A DNA stretch of 64,000 nucleotides from an uncultured Prevotellaceae bacterium. Its GTDB lineage: Bacteria; Bacteroidota; Bacteroidia; Bacteroidales; Bacteroidaceae. Position numbers and translations under genes: made by a program. The notes below the pieces were generated by a model. It did no database searches. It was not told where the DNA came from and was given only the letters and a program-made list of their open reading frames with translations. The stretch spans positions 48,053 to 112,052 of the forward strand of contig ONDH01000005.1 in the NCBI GenBank assembly GCA_900316505.1, written 5' to 3'. Within the stretch, counting starts at the first letter, position 1; the number at the start of each line of letters is the position of its first letter. Shown in pieces: positions 42,506 through 52,945 of this stretch.

Positions 42506-42681
42506 AAGACCCCTCCCCCGCCTCCCCTGAATGGGAGGAGTAGAAAATTTATGGGGGAGAATTCTACTTACTATTAATTGACTATATTTATTATCTCTTA
42601 TTGACTATTCTTACTTTTCATCACCCAACACCCCGCATGGTCTTCCTCCCCATTACGGGGGAGGGCTGGGAAGAGGGTCTT
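42506..42681. repeat. Intergenic element with two CCTCCCC-loop-GGGGAGG hairpins flanking an AT-rich core
   Basis: Hairpins at about 42520-42539 and 42644-42664. Outer arms aagacccctcccc... and ...gggaagagggtctt. Confidence 0.7.
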
Positions 42682-42684
42682 CTA

Positions 42685-44118
42685 CTATTTCTTAGCCTTA
42701 GAAGCAGTACCCACCTGCGACCTCACGCAACGGAAACCCACGAAAGAACGTCCCACATTCTGATACTCATATGAGCGCCATGCACTCTTGATGAAACTTT
42801 CAGGGTCTTTCCACGAACCACCACGCACACTCTTCTTCTTCAGCGCGTATGGGTCTTCCTTCGCCGCATTGTAGGTCAGTGTCGGGTTCATGTCGCTCAT
42901 CGAGAGCACACCTGCCTCTGTATAGACAGTGCTCGTCCACTCTGCCACATTGCCCGCCATGTCATAAAGACCATTGGAGTTGGCGCTGTAGATGCCTGTC
43001 TTGGAGGTGATGAGGTTACCATCCTTCGTGTAGTTGCCTCGGTCGGGCTTGAAATTGGCATAGAAGCATCCCTTGTCGCTCGACACACCATCTTGCTGCC
43101 AAGGCAGTTCATTGCCATCCTTGCCACGAGCAGCAAACTCCCACTCTGCCTCAGTCGGCAGACGGTAACGCTGCACGAACTTCGCCTGTGGACCCAAGCC
43201 CTTCAACAGGAAGTCTGTACGCCAATTGCAGAATGCATTGGCCTGTTCCCAGTTCACACCCACAACGGGGTATTCGTTATAGTTGGAATGGGTGAAGTAA
43301 AGGCGCATATACACCTCATTCTCCGCATTCTGGAAATCGTTAATCCAGCAAGTGGTATCAGGATACACATTCACAATGTAGGTGTTGACAAAATCCCACA
43401 TACTGCTGAGCGGACGCGTGATGGTCTCACGGTGAATGATGCCATCATCGTCCACGTATGCCGTGTCCTTCGAAATCATCACCACCTCATTGGGGTCAGT
43501 CTCAAAATCCGTGTTCAGATTACGCTCATTAGGGTCAAGGCGATACTTGCGCTTGGCAGCCATCACATAATCGAACACCTCATAGCGATAGTTCAACTGC
43601 TTCACATCCAGCATCTTCTCCCCGGTCACAGGGTGATAGGTATAGACACTCTCCATGGCACGTTCCTGGTCTTCATCAGGATTGCGAGGCAAAGCCTTGT
43701 TCCAATTCAGATGAGGGGTGACTGGCTCACCATATTTATCCTCCTCAATCTTGTAGCTCTCGTCGCCCCCATATGCAGGGTCAGCCAGACGTTCACGAAT
43801 GATGGAGTCACGTACCCAATAGACAAACTGACGATACATGGAGTTGGTCACCTCTTTCTCATCCATCCAGAAAGCATCCACGCTGATGTCCCTCGTAGGC
43901 ACATCCTTGCCCCACAAGCTGTCTGTCTTTTCCGTACCCATCTTGAGGCTACCACGCTTCACTAACACCATGCCATAAGGTGCCGGTTCCGACATGGACG
44001 TGCCACCGACACCAGTCACTTCGCCACCTGACGCATTCGAACCTCCCTTGCTCGAGAAGCAGGAAGCCACCGCCAAGGCGAAGACTACTGTACCTATAGC
44101 AAACAATATTTTTTTCAT
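42685..44118 (-). CDS. gldK: T9SS lipoprotein GldK (PorK), FGE-sulfatase/SUMF1-like fold
   Basis: Lipoprotein signal (LAVASC) and C-terminus RGGSWKDPESFIKSAWRS...FVGFRCV. Confidence 0.9.
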   Translation of the reverse strand: MKKILFAIGTVVFALAVASCFSSKGGSNASGGEVTGVGGTSMSEPAPYGMVLVKRGSLKMGTEKTDSLWGKDVPTRDISVDAFWMDEKEVTNSMYRQFVYWVRDSIIRERLADPAYGGDESYKIEEDKYGEPVTPHLNWNKALPRNPDEDQERAMESVYTYHPVTGEKMLDVKQLNYRYEVFDYVMAAKRKYRLDPNERNLNTDFETDPNEVVMISKDTAYVDDDGIIHRETITRPLSSMWDFVNTYIVNVYPDTTCWINDFQNAENEVYMRLYFTHSNYNEYPVVGVNWEQANAFCNWRTDFLLKGLGPQAKFVQRYRLPTEAEWEFAARGKDGNELPWQQDGVSSDKGCFYANFKPDRGNYTKDGNLITSKTGIYSANSNGLYDMAGNVAEWTSTVYTEAGVLSMSDMNPTLTYNAAKEDPYALKKKSVRGGSWKDPESFIKSAWRSYEYQNVGRSFVGFRCVRSQVGTASKAKK

Positions 44119-44169
44119 CCTATTTATATGTTTTGTGTATATTTTTCCACTTAATAAACTCTAAACTCC

Positions 44170-45111
44170 CTACAGCCACCTCACACTCTGGTGCTTGTTC
44201 CTCCCCTTCTTGAACAGGTCGAGGTCTGTCTGGTAGCTCAACACCACCTCGTGGCTTCCGTGAACCAATCCCACTCCCGAGGTGTACATCTGATAGCTGT
44301 ATCCCAGATTGACACCGTGGAACATGCCTCCAACAAAGAAAGTTACTGAGACATTGGGGCTGTATCCCACACCACCATAGAACTTCTTCTCATCGCGTTC
44401 ATAAGCCACCTTGCACTGCACATCCTCCCTCCACGTATCCATATCCGACTGCACCAAGAAGGATGGTTGCAACGATAATAACGAATTTTTCAACTTAATA
44501 TTGCCTCCTCCCATCAAATAATATACTCTCGGCACTTCCACCTCATACCTTTGATCTAGCAAAAGCGTAGGTGCCAATAAGTGTTGCGACGAGGCTCCCA
44601 ACCATAGTTTGGGATGATAGTAGTAAAGACCAACACCCATATCAACCTTCGTGCCTTTCACCTCAGAAGAGGGAACAGCAGGGTCACTGTTGTCCTCCAT
44701 CTTCACACTTTTCATGCTCACCCGCTCGCTCATCAGCACTCCCTGCACACCCAGTGCTAACCTACCCCGCTTACTCAACTTCACATTGTAGGCATACTGC
44801 AACCCGATTCGGGTCGTATTGTACACACCCGCGTTGTCATTAAGAAAACTGAGTCCAGCACCATGATGAGGATTCAGAAAATACACAGGCATGTCTGCAC
44901 TCACATACAAGGACGCAGGCGCCTCGTCATACCCCATCATCTGCATTGAATACGTAGCAGCCACGTTCAAGTTACCATCAGTACCCGACACAGCAGGATT
45001 GTAAAACGACTTCAAGGCTGTGTAGTCCGTAAACTGCACATCCCACTGTGCTCTCACTTCCAGCATCACCGCTGTCAGGAGAGCGAACATCACGAGTGTT
45101 CGTCTATTCAT
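44170..45111 (-). CDS. porP: T9SS membrane protein PorP/SprF family
   Basis: The sequence after the signal peptide reads AQWDVQFTDYTALKSFYNPAVSG, typical of PorP/SprF. The ATG is at 45111 (the track start at 45114 is GTG). Confidence 0.85.
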   Translation of the reverse strand: MNRRTLVMFALLTAVMLEVRAQWDVQFTDYTALKSFYNPAVSGTDGNLNVAATYSMQMMGYDEAPASLYVSADMPVYFLNPHHGAGLSFLNDNAGVYNTTRIGLQYAYNVKLSKRGRLALGVQGVLMSERVSMKSVKMEDNSDPAVPSSEVKGTKVDMGVGLYYYHPKLWLGASSQHLLAPTLLLDQRYEVEVPRVYYLMGGGNIKLKNSLLSLQPSFLVQSDMDTWREDVQCKVAYERDEKKFYGGVGYSPNVSVTFFVGGMFHGVNLGYSYQMYTSGVGLVHGSHEVVLSYQTDLDLFKKGRNKHQSVRWL

Positions 45112-45261
45112 CACCTATAAATAACTCTGTTTTCCCCATTTTATTGTGCAAGAAAAGGAAAAGTTTACCCACAAAAAAAGGAAGCCCTGGATTCACATCC
45201 CAGACTCCCAACTAAAAAACAGAGTTAGTTAATATATAATAATAGGTACTTATGTAGATTG

Positions 45262-45269
45262 CAAAGGTA
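45262..45269 (-). promoter_or_regulatory. -7 box TACCTTTG upstream of the porP operon
   Basis: The plus strand reads caaaggta, about 150 nt upstream of porP. Confidence 0.4.
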
Positions 45270-45578
45270 AAGAATAAGATTCACATATCACTACGTCTTT
45301 CAGAGAAAAATCGAGATAAAGGGTGAAAAAATGCTCAAAAAATAGCTATTTTTCATTTTTCGAGTTTCATTCTGTCTTTTTCGTCGATTATATTCTCCCT
45401 TTCTTACCCAAACAACCATACCTATCATATATTGACACTCACTGATTTACACTAATCTTTTCCATTATGATTTATGTTGTGTTCTTTCTTCTAAATGGCT
45501 GTATGGTTACTCTTGAGTGCGTAAGTTCCAGGAACCACATTCCGAGAACCCACGCACTTAAGAACTAATTCGTTTCGT

Positions 45579-46121
45579 TTAGAAGCCGCCGAAGCCACCG
45601 CCGCCAAAGCCGCCGCCGCCGAAGCCGCCACCGCCGCCGAAGCCACCGCCGCCCATACGGCCGCCGCCCATGCCGCGCATCATGTTACCCATGTTGCCGC
45701 CCATCATGCTACCCATGCTAAGACGAGTGACAAACACTTGCGCTGCCTCAACTGGAGTGAGGAACTCGAGGAACTTTGGCAGGAATTCCTTGTCAACTGC
45801 CAACTGCTTCTCCTGTGCTGCGAACTGATCAGCAATGAGTTGGTTTGCTTCTTCGTCTGTCATCTTCTTCACATCTGGCAGGTCGCTGGTGAAATCAGCT
45901 GTAGAGCCTTGTGCTGCACGACGTGCATTCTGGTAGTCGACATAGAGAAGCTTAAAGGTTTCAGCCTTCTCTTTTTTCAGCTTCAACTGTTTAGCAAGAT
46001 TTTCCGCCATTGTTGTGTACATTTCGGCAGGATTCATACGTTGACGGTTACGGTTATTCTGAGCCGATGCCGCTACAGTTACAAGCACCAACGCCAGTGC
46101 TGTGATGAGAAACTTTTTCAT
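45579..46121 (-). CDS. Periplasmic Spy/CpxP-like (DUF4890-like) protein with a Gly/Phe-rich tail
   Basis: Signal peptide, helical basic/acidic middle region, and C-terminus GGGGFGGGGGFGGGGFGGGGFGGF. Confidence 0.6.
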   Translation of the reverse strand: MKKFLITALALVLVTVAASAQNNRNRQRMNPAEMYTTMAENLAKQLKLKKEKAETFKLLYVDYQNARRAAQGSTADFTSDLPDVKKMTDEEANQLIADQFAAQEKQLAVDKEFLPKFLEFLTPVEAAQVFVTRLSMGSMMGGNMGNMMRGMGGGRMGGGGFGGGGGFGGGGFGGGGFGGF

Positions 46122-46280
46122 AACGCTTATTTTTTATATAGGTTTTATATTATAAGTTTAGTAATTGGTAATCAAATGTGATTTACGCTTTATATGACTC
46201 ACAGGACTGAAAGATAGTTTAATGAAGAAATGTTAAAAAATGAAAAAGAAAGCAGAACGCATTATCTTTTTCATACAATA

Positions 46281-46307
46281 GAGGGTGTGTCAAATTGACA
46301 CACCCTC
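46281..46307. terminator. Perfect 13-bp palindrome downstream of the ompA-family gene
   Basis: gagggtgtgtcaa a ttgacacaccctc. There is no clear T-run, so terminator function is tentative. Confidence 0.4.
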
Positions 46308-46342
46308 TCTATATTATTCTATATTATAATATGACATTGATT

Positions 46343-47482
46343 TTACTTGCTCTGCTCGATGAACACTGCCACACGGTTCCAGTCGTTCTCGTCGAAGAGT
46401 TCGTCTGTCACACCAAGACCCTTATGAGTAAGACGGCTTGGAGAAATCTTGTAAACATTAACAAGCATATCATAAACAGCCTTAGCACGAGCATCAGAGA
46501 GTTTCTGGTTAAGTTCAGGGTTACCCTCTGGTGATGCATAACCATTGATGAGCACCTTGCTGGTTGGGTGGTTTTGCATATACTTGGCAATCATAGCAAC
46601 AGATGGCTTCTGAGAAGCATCAATAGTGCTCTTTCCAAGCTGGAAGATAACCACAGGAGCCAACTGGGTTTCTTTCACAATGGTCTTCTCTACAATCTTC
46701 TCAACAGGCTTTTCTACAATCTTCTCAACAGGCACTTCCTTGATGACTTCCTTTGGCTTCTTAGCCAATTCTGCATTAAGACGGGCAATCTCAGACTGCA
46801 TAGCACCCACATCGTAAGTCTTGAAGTGATGTGTACCGTTAGAAGTCTTGAAGTTAAAGATGTATTTCACACCGAGAGAAAGCTGTGCACCCTGTCGATT
46901 GAAAGCCAAATTGCCGTAGCTATTGCCTGGTCTGCTCAAGTTCCACATTACAGATGGCTCTACGCGAATGGTGCTTGCCTTAGTGCTACCCAAGTTGAAA
47001 TCGATAGCGAAGCCTGTCTTCGCGCCCAAATAGTTATTTGCTTTGTCGGACTCCTTAGGAGTGAAGCAATGTAACCAGCTAACGCCTGTCACCAAACTCA
47101 ATTCGACAGCACGTGGAGAGCCCTTGTACCCTCCAAAAAGATTGGAAAGGTTAGTTACACCATTCACACCCACAGAAAGAGCACGGAAAGCATTGAAGTT
47201 GCCATTAGCGTTCATGCCCCAACGAACTCCATTGGCTGTATGAGAACCAAAAAGAGCCGACCCGTCAGCTTCCAAAGCGAAGATGGGTGAAAATCTTTTG
47301 CCGACAGTGATGTCGCCCATTCCATTCAGAGGAAACATGGGGTCACAACTCAGGGGCGCTGACACACCACCACCAATGCCGAAATACCAGTTGTCGAAGA
47401 ACTTACTGCTCTCAATAGCAGTCTGTGCATTTGCAGCAACGCTGGATGCTGCAATGGCGATCACGAAAAGAAACTTCTTCAT
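46343..47482 (-). CDS. OmpA-family outer membrane protein (beta-barrel plus OmpA C-terminal peptidoglycan-binding domain)
   Basis: Signal peptide MKKFLFVIAIAASSVAANAQ. C-terminus INGYASPEGNPELNQKLSDARAKAV...NRVAVF. An alternative ATG is at 47488. Confidence 0.85.
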   Translation of the reverse strand: MKKFLFVIAIAASSVAANAQTAIESSKFFDNWYFGIGGGVSAPLSCDPMFPLNGMGDITVGKRFSPIFALEADGSALFGSHTANGVRWGMNANGNFNAFRALSVGVNGVTNLSNLFGGYKGSPRAVELSLVTGVSWLHCFTPKESDKANNYLGAKTGFAIDFNLGSTKASTIRVEPSVMWNLSRPGNSYGNLAFNRQGAQLSLGVKYIFNFKTSNGTHHFKTYDVGAMQSEIARLNAELAKKPKEVIKEVPVEKIVEKPVEKIVEKTIVKETQLAPVVIFQLGKSTIDASQKPSVAMIAKYMQNHPTSKVLINGYASPEGNPELNQKLSDARAKAVYDMLVNVYKISPSRLTHKGLGVTDELFDENDWNRVAVFIEQSK

Positions 47483-47542
47483 AATCATAATGATTTAATT
47501 GTTAATAAAAAACTCACTTATCAATTAGTAGGAATTGATTCA

Positions 47543-49639
47543 CTATTTTACGTTAAGATGCACTTCCATTGTAGCCCTGTACTGCTTTCCATCAGTATGA
47601 GTGTAGATGAAGGCTTGACGTATGGTGTAGGTTCTGCCTTTGGAAAGGCGGGAAGGATACTGTCCCAACTTACACACATAACTATCTGGATACATCTCGG
47701 CATAGATGGCAGCAGTATTGTCATAGCCCACCACATTCCCGGCAGTGGAGAACCAATGCCCGTAGCACGCATCGGAAGAAGTGGTCGTTGTTGTGTGATA
47801 ATTCAATCCCCCATTACCACTGACACCAGCAAAAACAACAGAACCTTTCGTCCCTGACGTGTTGCGCTTAACAGCCTTCATCTGTGCTGTACTTATTCCT
47901 AAAGCCTGACTGATAGCATCCATGTCATACTGGATGTTCACGCTTGAATAGTCATTCGCAGCTGCCAAGTTTGCTTCAATCACCACCGTAGTATCACGAC
48001 GCACATAGTCTTCAGGGTAATCGGCATATGTTCGAGTAGTACCTGTTGCTGCACAATTCTCGAACGCCACTTGATAGGGCCATTGTTCATCATCACTAGC
48101 ATCATCATTCCAAGGATGATGCCAATGCTCAGAGGGAGCACCCGTCACAACAAACCATGCCCGTTGGGTATTTTCCGGCAAAGTCAGTTCCGCTACGCCC
48201 TCTTTATCGCTATACATGTCACCATACACTCGACCGCCATCGTTCGTTTGTGCCACAAAACCATAACGCCAACCAGCCTTTGACACATTAATTCCACGAT
48301 AGCCTGCTGCACCAGCAACACCTTGAAATCTGGCTTTCACGGTCACGCCACCCCTTATTCCTTTCAGTGGAATGATATTGAATCCATAGTTTTGTGGACA
48401 GTCGTCAACATGAACAGCATAAGTGTTTTCTGAGCCTTCCAAATAAGTCAATCTAGTAGAAAACGAGTTTTGATGGTCTTTACCACGATCGCGAAGTCCA
48501 TCAATGTCCCATGTAACAGAACGGCAAGCGTAGTCAAACATCATCTTATTGAAATCGTCCTGAGTAGCACTATTCATACGTTTGTAAGTTTCCACAGGAT
48601 CCTCTGGACGCTTTGTCATGCGCCACATTTTCCCCACAAAATCCTTCCCATAAAGTTGGCACCAATAATACTGAATGAAGTAATTGGCATAACGATAGTC
48701 CTCATGTAACAAATTCTTATGGGAGGAGGATACATATTCGCCATAATAGCCATTGGTGAAAAGGGTGGCCGGGAACACATTGAAGGCTTGCCATTGGGCA
48801 CAACTCTCCCACCAGCCATTACCGCCATCGCCATTTGCAGCGAAGCCCCATCGCCAACCATAGTTCCATTCTGAGGTGTTCTTCACAACGGCATAGTCTG
48901 CACTGACAAGGTATTGGAACACATGACCTATCTCATGAGCTGCAGTATGTCCGCCTTCTGCGCCTGCCGCCCATGGATTGCAGTGGAACAGCCCCACTTT
49001 GTAGGCTTTGGATTTCTTGGTGCTGCCGTCATAGTACCAAACCGTACCGTCCTGCCCTGAACCGTCAGCTCGCCATTCTGTCTGATTGACGATGAACATG
49101 CAGATTTTATGGTCGTCGGTGAGTGATTCGCCTGGTTGAAGGAACCCCAATTCTTCCACATAACATTTCCAAATCTTCTCGGCATTGTTGAGAAGAGTCT
49201 TCACATTGATGGATGCGCCCCCCAAGGAGATGGTGTTGCTTTTGGAGAGTGTCAATCCCTTCTCCCAAAAACACACGAAATGTTCGGATTCCATTGACCG
49301 CTGGAAGCACCACTGCGAGGTCTCCTTGGTGAAATCGACTCCTGCATATCCTGATGGCTTGACCAGCGTGCGCTCGACTCCGTCAAGGCGATATACGCCA
49401 TTCTTTCGATAGTCGTGAGAGGTGGCCCTCACTTGGTCACGCGCAGCACTGTACTTGTACAATTTATAGCTTGAACGGGCAAAGCCTATAGAATCCACAT
49501 CCGTCAAATCCACCACTTCATTTTCGGTGAAACGGTCGTCGAACTGCACCCAAAGGGTATTTGGATGTTCTTGGGCATGAAGCATCAAGCTAATCATGCA
49601 GGCTGATAATGCTATCAGGATGGAGTGTCTTTTTCTCAT
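47543..49639 (-). CDS. Secreted HEXXH-motif protein (putative zinc-dependent hydrolase), function unknown
   Basis: Signal peptide and HTAAHEIGHVF. The 698-aa sequence is Trp/Tyr-rich, typical of Bacteroidales surface/secreted proteins. Confidence 0.6.
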   Translation of the reverse strand: MRKRHSILIALSACMISLMLHAQEHPNTLWVQFDDRFTENEVVDLTDVDSIGFARSSYKLYKYSAARDQVRATSHDYRKNGVYRLDGVERTLVKPSGYAGVDFTKETSQWCFQRSMESEHFVCFWEKGLTLSKSNTISLGGASINVKTLLNNAEKIWKCYVEELGFLQPGESLTDDHKICMFIVNQTEWRADGSGQDGTVWYYDGSTKKSKAYKVGLFHCNPWAAGAEGGHTAAHEIGHVFQYLVSADYAVVKNTSEWNYGWRWGFAANGDGGNGWWESCAQWQAFNVFPATLFTNGYYGEYVSSSHKNLLHEDYRYANYFIQYYWCQLYGKDFVGKMWRMTKRPEDPVETYKRMNSATQDDFNKMMFDYACRSVTWDIDGLRDRGKDHQNSFSTRLTYLEGSENTYAVHVDDCPQNYGFNIIPLKGIRGGVTVKARFQGVAGAAGYRGINVSKAGWRYGFVAQTNDGGRVYGDMYSDKEGVAELTLPENTQRAWFVVTGAPSEHWHHPWNDDASDDEQWPYQVAFENCAATGTTRTYADYPEDYVRRDTTVVIEANLAAANDYSSVNIQYDMDAISQALGISTAQMKAVKRNTSGTKGSVVFAGVSGNGGLNYHTTTTTSSDACYGHWFSTAGNVVGYDNTAAIYAEMYPDSYVCKLGQYPSRLSKGRTYTIRQAFIYTHTDGKQYRATMEVHLNVK

Positions 49640-49652
49640 GGTCTCTCTGTTT

Positions 49653-50105
49653 TTACTTCTTCATTACTTTCATGGAGGATTTGCCAGTACTTATCACATA
49701 GGTTCCTTTTTCCAACTCGTTCAAATGAACAATGATGTCATGGTCTGTCTTCTCCACCCGAACTTTCACTTCCTTACCATCAACCATATAAACCTTCACG
49801 TCCCTCACCGCATCGGCAGGAATGATGACCGTGTTTGCTGCCATGGTCACATCCTTTCCGGAAAGCAAAGAGTCAATGGCATTCGGGTCATCTGTTTCTG
49901 AGATGTAGAAGTTCTTGATGTCACTGAACTCATAAGCATCCTCATTGACCACCATCCTGCCTTCCTTGAAACGCAGAATCGGGTTTACACCTGTGGATAG
50001 TAAATAATAGACTTTGGTGCCATCGTTCATCGTGAACACGACACTCTTTGCCGAGACTCCCAAAGAAGTCATCAGCACCAGCGATAAACAAATCCATTTT
50101 TTCAT
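49653..50105 (-). CDS. Small secreted protein with a possible T9SS CTD-like C-terminus
   Basis: Signal peptide MKKWICLSLVLMTSLGVSA. C-terminus VKVYMVDGKEVKVRVEKTDHDIIVHLNELEKGTYVISTGKSSMKVMKK. Confidence 0.55.
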   Translation of the reverse strand: MKKWICLSLVLMTSLGVSAKSVVFTMNDGTKVYYLLSTGVNPILRFKEGRMVVNEDAYEFSDIKNFYISETDDPNAIDSLLSGKDVTMAANTVIIPADAVRDVKVYMVDGKEVKVRVEKTDHDIIVHLNELEKGTYVISTGKSSMKVMKK

Positions 50106-50134
50106 ATCTTCAAGTATAAAGATTCTTCGAAGAG

Positions 50135-50323
50135 TTAATCATTGTCGTGCCTGAGGATGCTTTTCACATTGAAGCCATACCAAACCATCGCAATGAGGAA
50201 CACTGCCATCATGACGATGGAAGTGGTGTCATGCAGCACGGTGTAAAGCCAAACGCTTGCACCAAAACCCACCACGATGAAGATGAGAGACAGTATCATG
50301 AACACCTTTTTCAGTTTATCCAT
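50135..50323 (-). CDS. Small two-TM membrane protein (62 aa from MDKLKKVF)
   Basis: Two hydrophobic helices. The internal ATG avoids an overlap with cysS. No homology evidence. Confidence 0.4.
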   Translation of the reverse strand: MDKLKKVFMILSLIFIVVGFGASVWLYTVLHDTTSIVMMAVFLIAMVWYGFNVKSILRHDND

Positions 50324-50343
50324 CACGCAAGAGTATTGATTGC

Positions 50344-51846
50344 TTACTTGTTCAATTTCCACGTAAAGCCGTCCTTGGTGTCCTTCACCTCGAAGCCGAG
50401 GGCTGCCAAGTTGTCGCGTATCATATCGCTGGTTGCCCAGTCCTTGTTGGCTTTTGCTTTAGCACGCTGCTCAAGGAGCATATCCACCACCTTGCCAAAC
50501 GCCTCTTCACGTGCCTCGTTGCCACCTCCATTGGAGGTCATTGCACCACCCATCTTGATACCGAGCAGGTCGAAGGCGAAGAGTTTAAAGGTTTCCTTCA
50601 GCGCATCAAGGGCATCGGGGGTGATGGTCTCTTTCTTGTCCACAATAGAGTTGATGGTCTTTGTGGCTTCAAAGAGATAAGAAATGACTATGGGAGTGTT
50701 GAAATCATCGTACATGGCATCGTAGCAATTCTGCTTGAGGACATCAACAAAATCCTTACCGACAGAACCGCCATCAACTGGTTGAATGCTTTGGAGCGCT
50801 TTCCATGCATCAAGAAGACGTTCGAGTCCTTTCTCTGCTGCCTGAAGGGCGTCATTACTAAAATCGACGGTGGAGCGATAGTGAGCCTGCAGGATGAAGA
50901 AGCGGATGGTCATTGGCGAATATGCGCGATCAAGCTTAGGGTGGTCACCACTGAAGAACTGTGGTAACGTGATGAAGTTGCCGAGCGATTTGCCCATCTT
51001 CTGTCCCTCGATAGTGATCATATTGTTATGAATCCAATAAGTCACCATCTGATCGCCCTGACTGGCTACAGCCTGAGCAATTTCACACTCGTGGTGAGGG
51101 AATATCAAGTCCATGCCACCGCCGTGAATATCGAAATGAGCGCCCAGATATTTTCTGCCCATGGCTGTGCATTCGCAGTGCCACCCTGGGAAGCCATCGC
51201 TCCACGGGGATGGCCAGCGCATGATATGTTCCGGTTGGGCCGCCTTCCACAAGGCAAAGTCGGCTTGATTCCGTTTCTCACCCACGCCTGCGAGGTCTCG
51301 GCTGGCATCTTTCACATTCTCAAGACTTCTGCCAGAGAGAATGCCGTACTTATGCACCTTGTTGTATTTCTCCACATCAAAGTAGATGGAGCCATTGCTC
51401 TCATAAGCAAAGCCATTGTCGAGAATCTGCTGCACCAATTGCTGCTGTTCAATGATGTGTCCTGTTGCGTGAGGCTCAATGCTAGGGGGCAGACAATTGA
51501 GAGCCTCCATTGCTTCATGAAAACGATTGGTGTAATACTGAGCCACCTCCATCGGTTCCAATTGCTCCAGCCGCGCCTTCTTGGCTATTTTGTCTTCGCC
51601 CTCATCGGCATCATGCTCCAAGTGCCCGACATCAGTGATGTTGCGCACATAACGCACCTTATATCCAATATGCTTGAGGAAACGGAAAACTATATCGAAA
51701 GTGATTGCTGGACGAGCATGTCCAAGATGAGCGTCACCATATACTGTTGGTCCGCAAACATACATGCCCACGTGTGGCGCATGCAGTGGGCGGAACACCT
51801 CTTTTTTTCTGGTCAGGGTGTTGTAAACGTAAAGTGCCTGTTCCAT
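50344..51846 (-). CDS. cysS: Cysteine--tRNA ligase
   Basis: HIGH-type motif HLGHARP, KMSKS-type motif KMGKS, and zinc-binding Cys residues. Confidence 0.92.
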   Translation of the reverse strand: MEQALYVYNTLTRKKEVFRPLHAPHVGMYVCGPTVYGDAHLGHARPAITFDIVFRFLKHIGYKVRYVRNITDVGHLEHDADEGEDKIAKKARLEQLEPMEVAQYYTNRFHEAMEALNCLPPSIEPHATGHIIEQQQLVQQILDNGFAYESNGSIYFDVEKYNKVHKYGILSGRSLENVKDASRDLAGVGEKRNQADFALWKAAQPEHIMRWPSPWSDGFPGWHCECTAMGRKYLGAHFDIHGGGMDLIFPHHECEIAQAVASQGDQMVTYWIHNNMITIEGQKMGKSLGNFITLPQFFSGDHPKLDRAYSPMTIRFFILQAHYRSTVDFSNDALQAAEKGLERLLDAWKALQSIQPVDGGSVGKDFVDVLKQNCYDAMYDDFNTPIVISYLFEATKTINSIVDKKETITPDALDALKETFKLFAFDLLGIKMGGAMTSNGGGNEAREEAFGKVVDMLLEQRAKAKANKDWATSDMIRDNLAALGFEVKDTKDGFTWKLNK

Positions 51847-51877
51847 TAATTCTTCTGCTTTTTACTGAAAAACAGCA

Positions 51878-51885
51878 CAAAGGTA
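51878..51885 (-). promoter_or_regulatory. -7 box TACCTTTG upstream of cysS
   Basis: The plus strand reads caaaggta, 32 nt from the ATG. Confidence 0.4.
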
Positions 51886-51938
51886 CGAAAAATTTGAAAA
51901 AAGACATTGCTTTTTATTGTTTTTAGAGAAAAACTCGC

Positions 51939-51946
51939 TAATTTTG
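51939..51946 (+). promoter_or_regulatory. -7 box TAATTTTG upstream of tatA
   Basis: Exact TAnnTTTG match, 23 nt from the ATG. Confidence 0.4.
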
Positions 51947-51968
51947 TGGCAAAATCATTCTTGAAGTT

Positions 51969-52169
51969 ATGATACAGCCCTTATTTCTCGGTCTCGGAGT
52001 GACTGAACTCATCATCATTCTTGTCGTTGTTCTTCTCCTTTTTGGAGCCAAGAAAATTCCCGAGCTCATGCATGGTGCCGGCAAAGGTGTCCGTGCTTTC
52101 AAAGATGGAATGAAAGAGGTCAATCTGGACGAAGAAAAGAACAAGGATGCCAAAGAGCAAGAGTCCTGA
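51969..52169 (+). CDS. tatA: Twin-arginine translocase subunit TatA/E
   Basis: 66 aa. The sequence [24 protein letters not shown] is followed by an amphipathic helix. Confidence 0.85.
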   Translation: MIQPLFLGLGVTELIIILVVVLLLFGAKKIPELMHGAGKGVRAFKDGMKEVNLDEEKNKDAKEQES

Positions 52170-52219
52170 CATTCCACTTGTCAAATCGCCATTCGTATAT
52201 TGTGAAATCGTAATTCGTC

Positions 52220-52939
52220 TTGACTTTTTGGGATCATCTTGAAGAACTGCGCCGGGTGCTACTGCGATGCTTTATCGTTGTGGCAGTCTTTGCCACCCTC
52301 GCCTTTATTTTCAAAGACGAGGTTTTTGCGATTATCCTTGCCCCGAAGAATCCTAATTTCTTACCAGCCATCTTTGGTTTCTCACCTGACGTACAAATCA
52401 TTAACACCGAACTGACACGTCAATTCGTCGTCCACATGACGACCAGTGTTTATGCTGGCATTATCGTGGCTGCGCCTTATATCATCTTTGAGTTCTACCA
52501 TTTCATCTCTCCTGGACTATACGAAAAAGAGCGACGCTATTCCACGCCGCTCGTCATCTTGTCCTACTTGATGTTTATGGTAGGCATTCTTTTCTGTTAT
52601 TTCATCCTTTTTCCCATCACTTTCCGCTTCCTAGCCAACTACCAAGTAGATGAATCCATCCAAAACTTGATTTCCCTCGAAAGCTATATCGACACCTTGG
52701 TGTTTCTCTGCCTTGCGATGGGTTTCGTTTTCGAAATTCCCATTCTCTCTTGGTTATTAGGACGTTTAGGCATTCTACATCGGGGACAGATGCAGCAATA
52801 CCGTCGTCACGCCATTGTCATCATCCTCATCGTTGCTGCCATCATCACCCCCACATCCGATGCCATCACACTCTGCATCGTCAGTCTTCCGATGTATTTG
52901 CTTTATGAAGTAAGCATCCTGCTTGTGCCACGAAAGTAA
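52220..52939 (+). CDS. tatC: Twin-arginine translocase subunit TatC (TTG start)
   Basis: (M)TFWDHLEELRRVLLR, typical of TatC, with 6 TM segments. An in-frame stop at 52211-52213 leaves the TTG at 52220 as the only start. Confidence 0.85.
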   Translation: MTFWDHLEELRRVLLRCFIVVAVFATLAFIFKDEVFAIILAPKNPNFLPAIFGFSPDVQIINTELTRQFVVHMTTSVYAGIIVAAPYIIFEFYHFISPGLYEKERRYSTPLVILSYLMFMVGILFCYFILFPITFRFLANYQVDESIQNLISLESYIDTLVFLCLAMGFVFEIPILSWLLGRLGILHRGQMQQYRRHAIVIILIVAAIITPTSDAITLCIVSLPMYLLYEVSILLVPRK

Positions 52940-52945
52940 TCCTCT

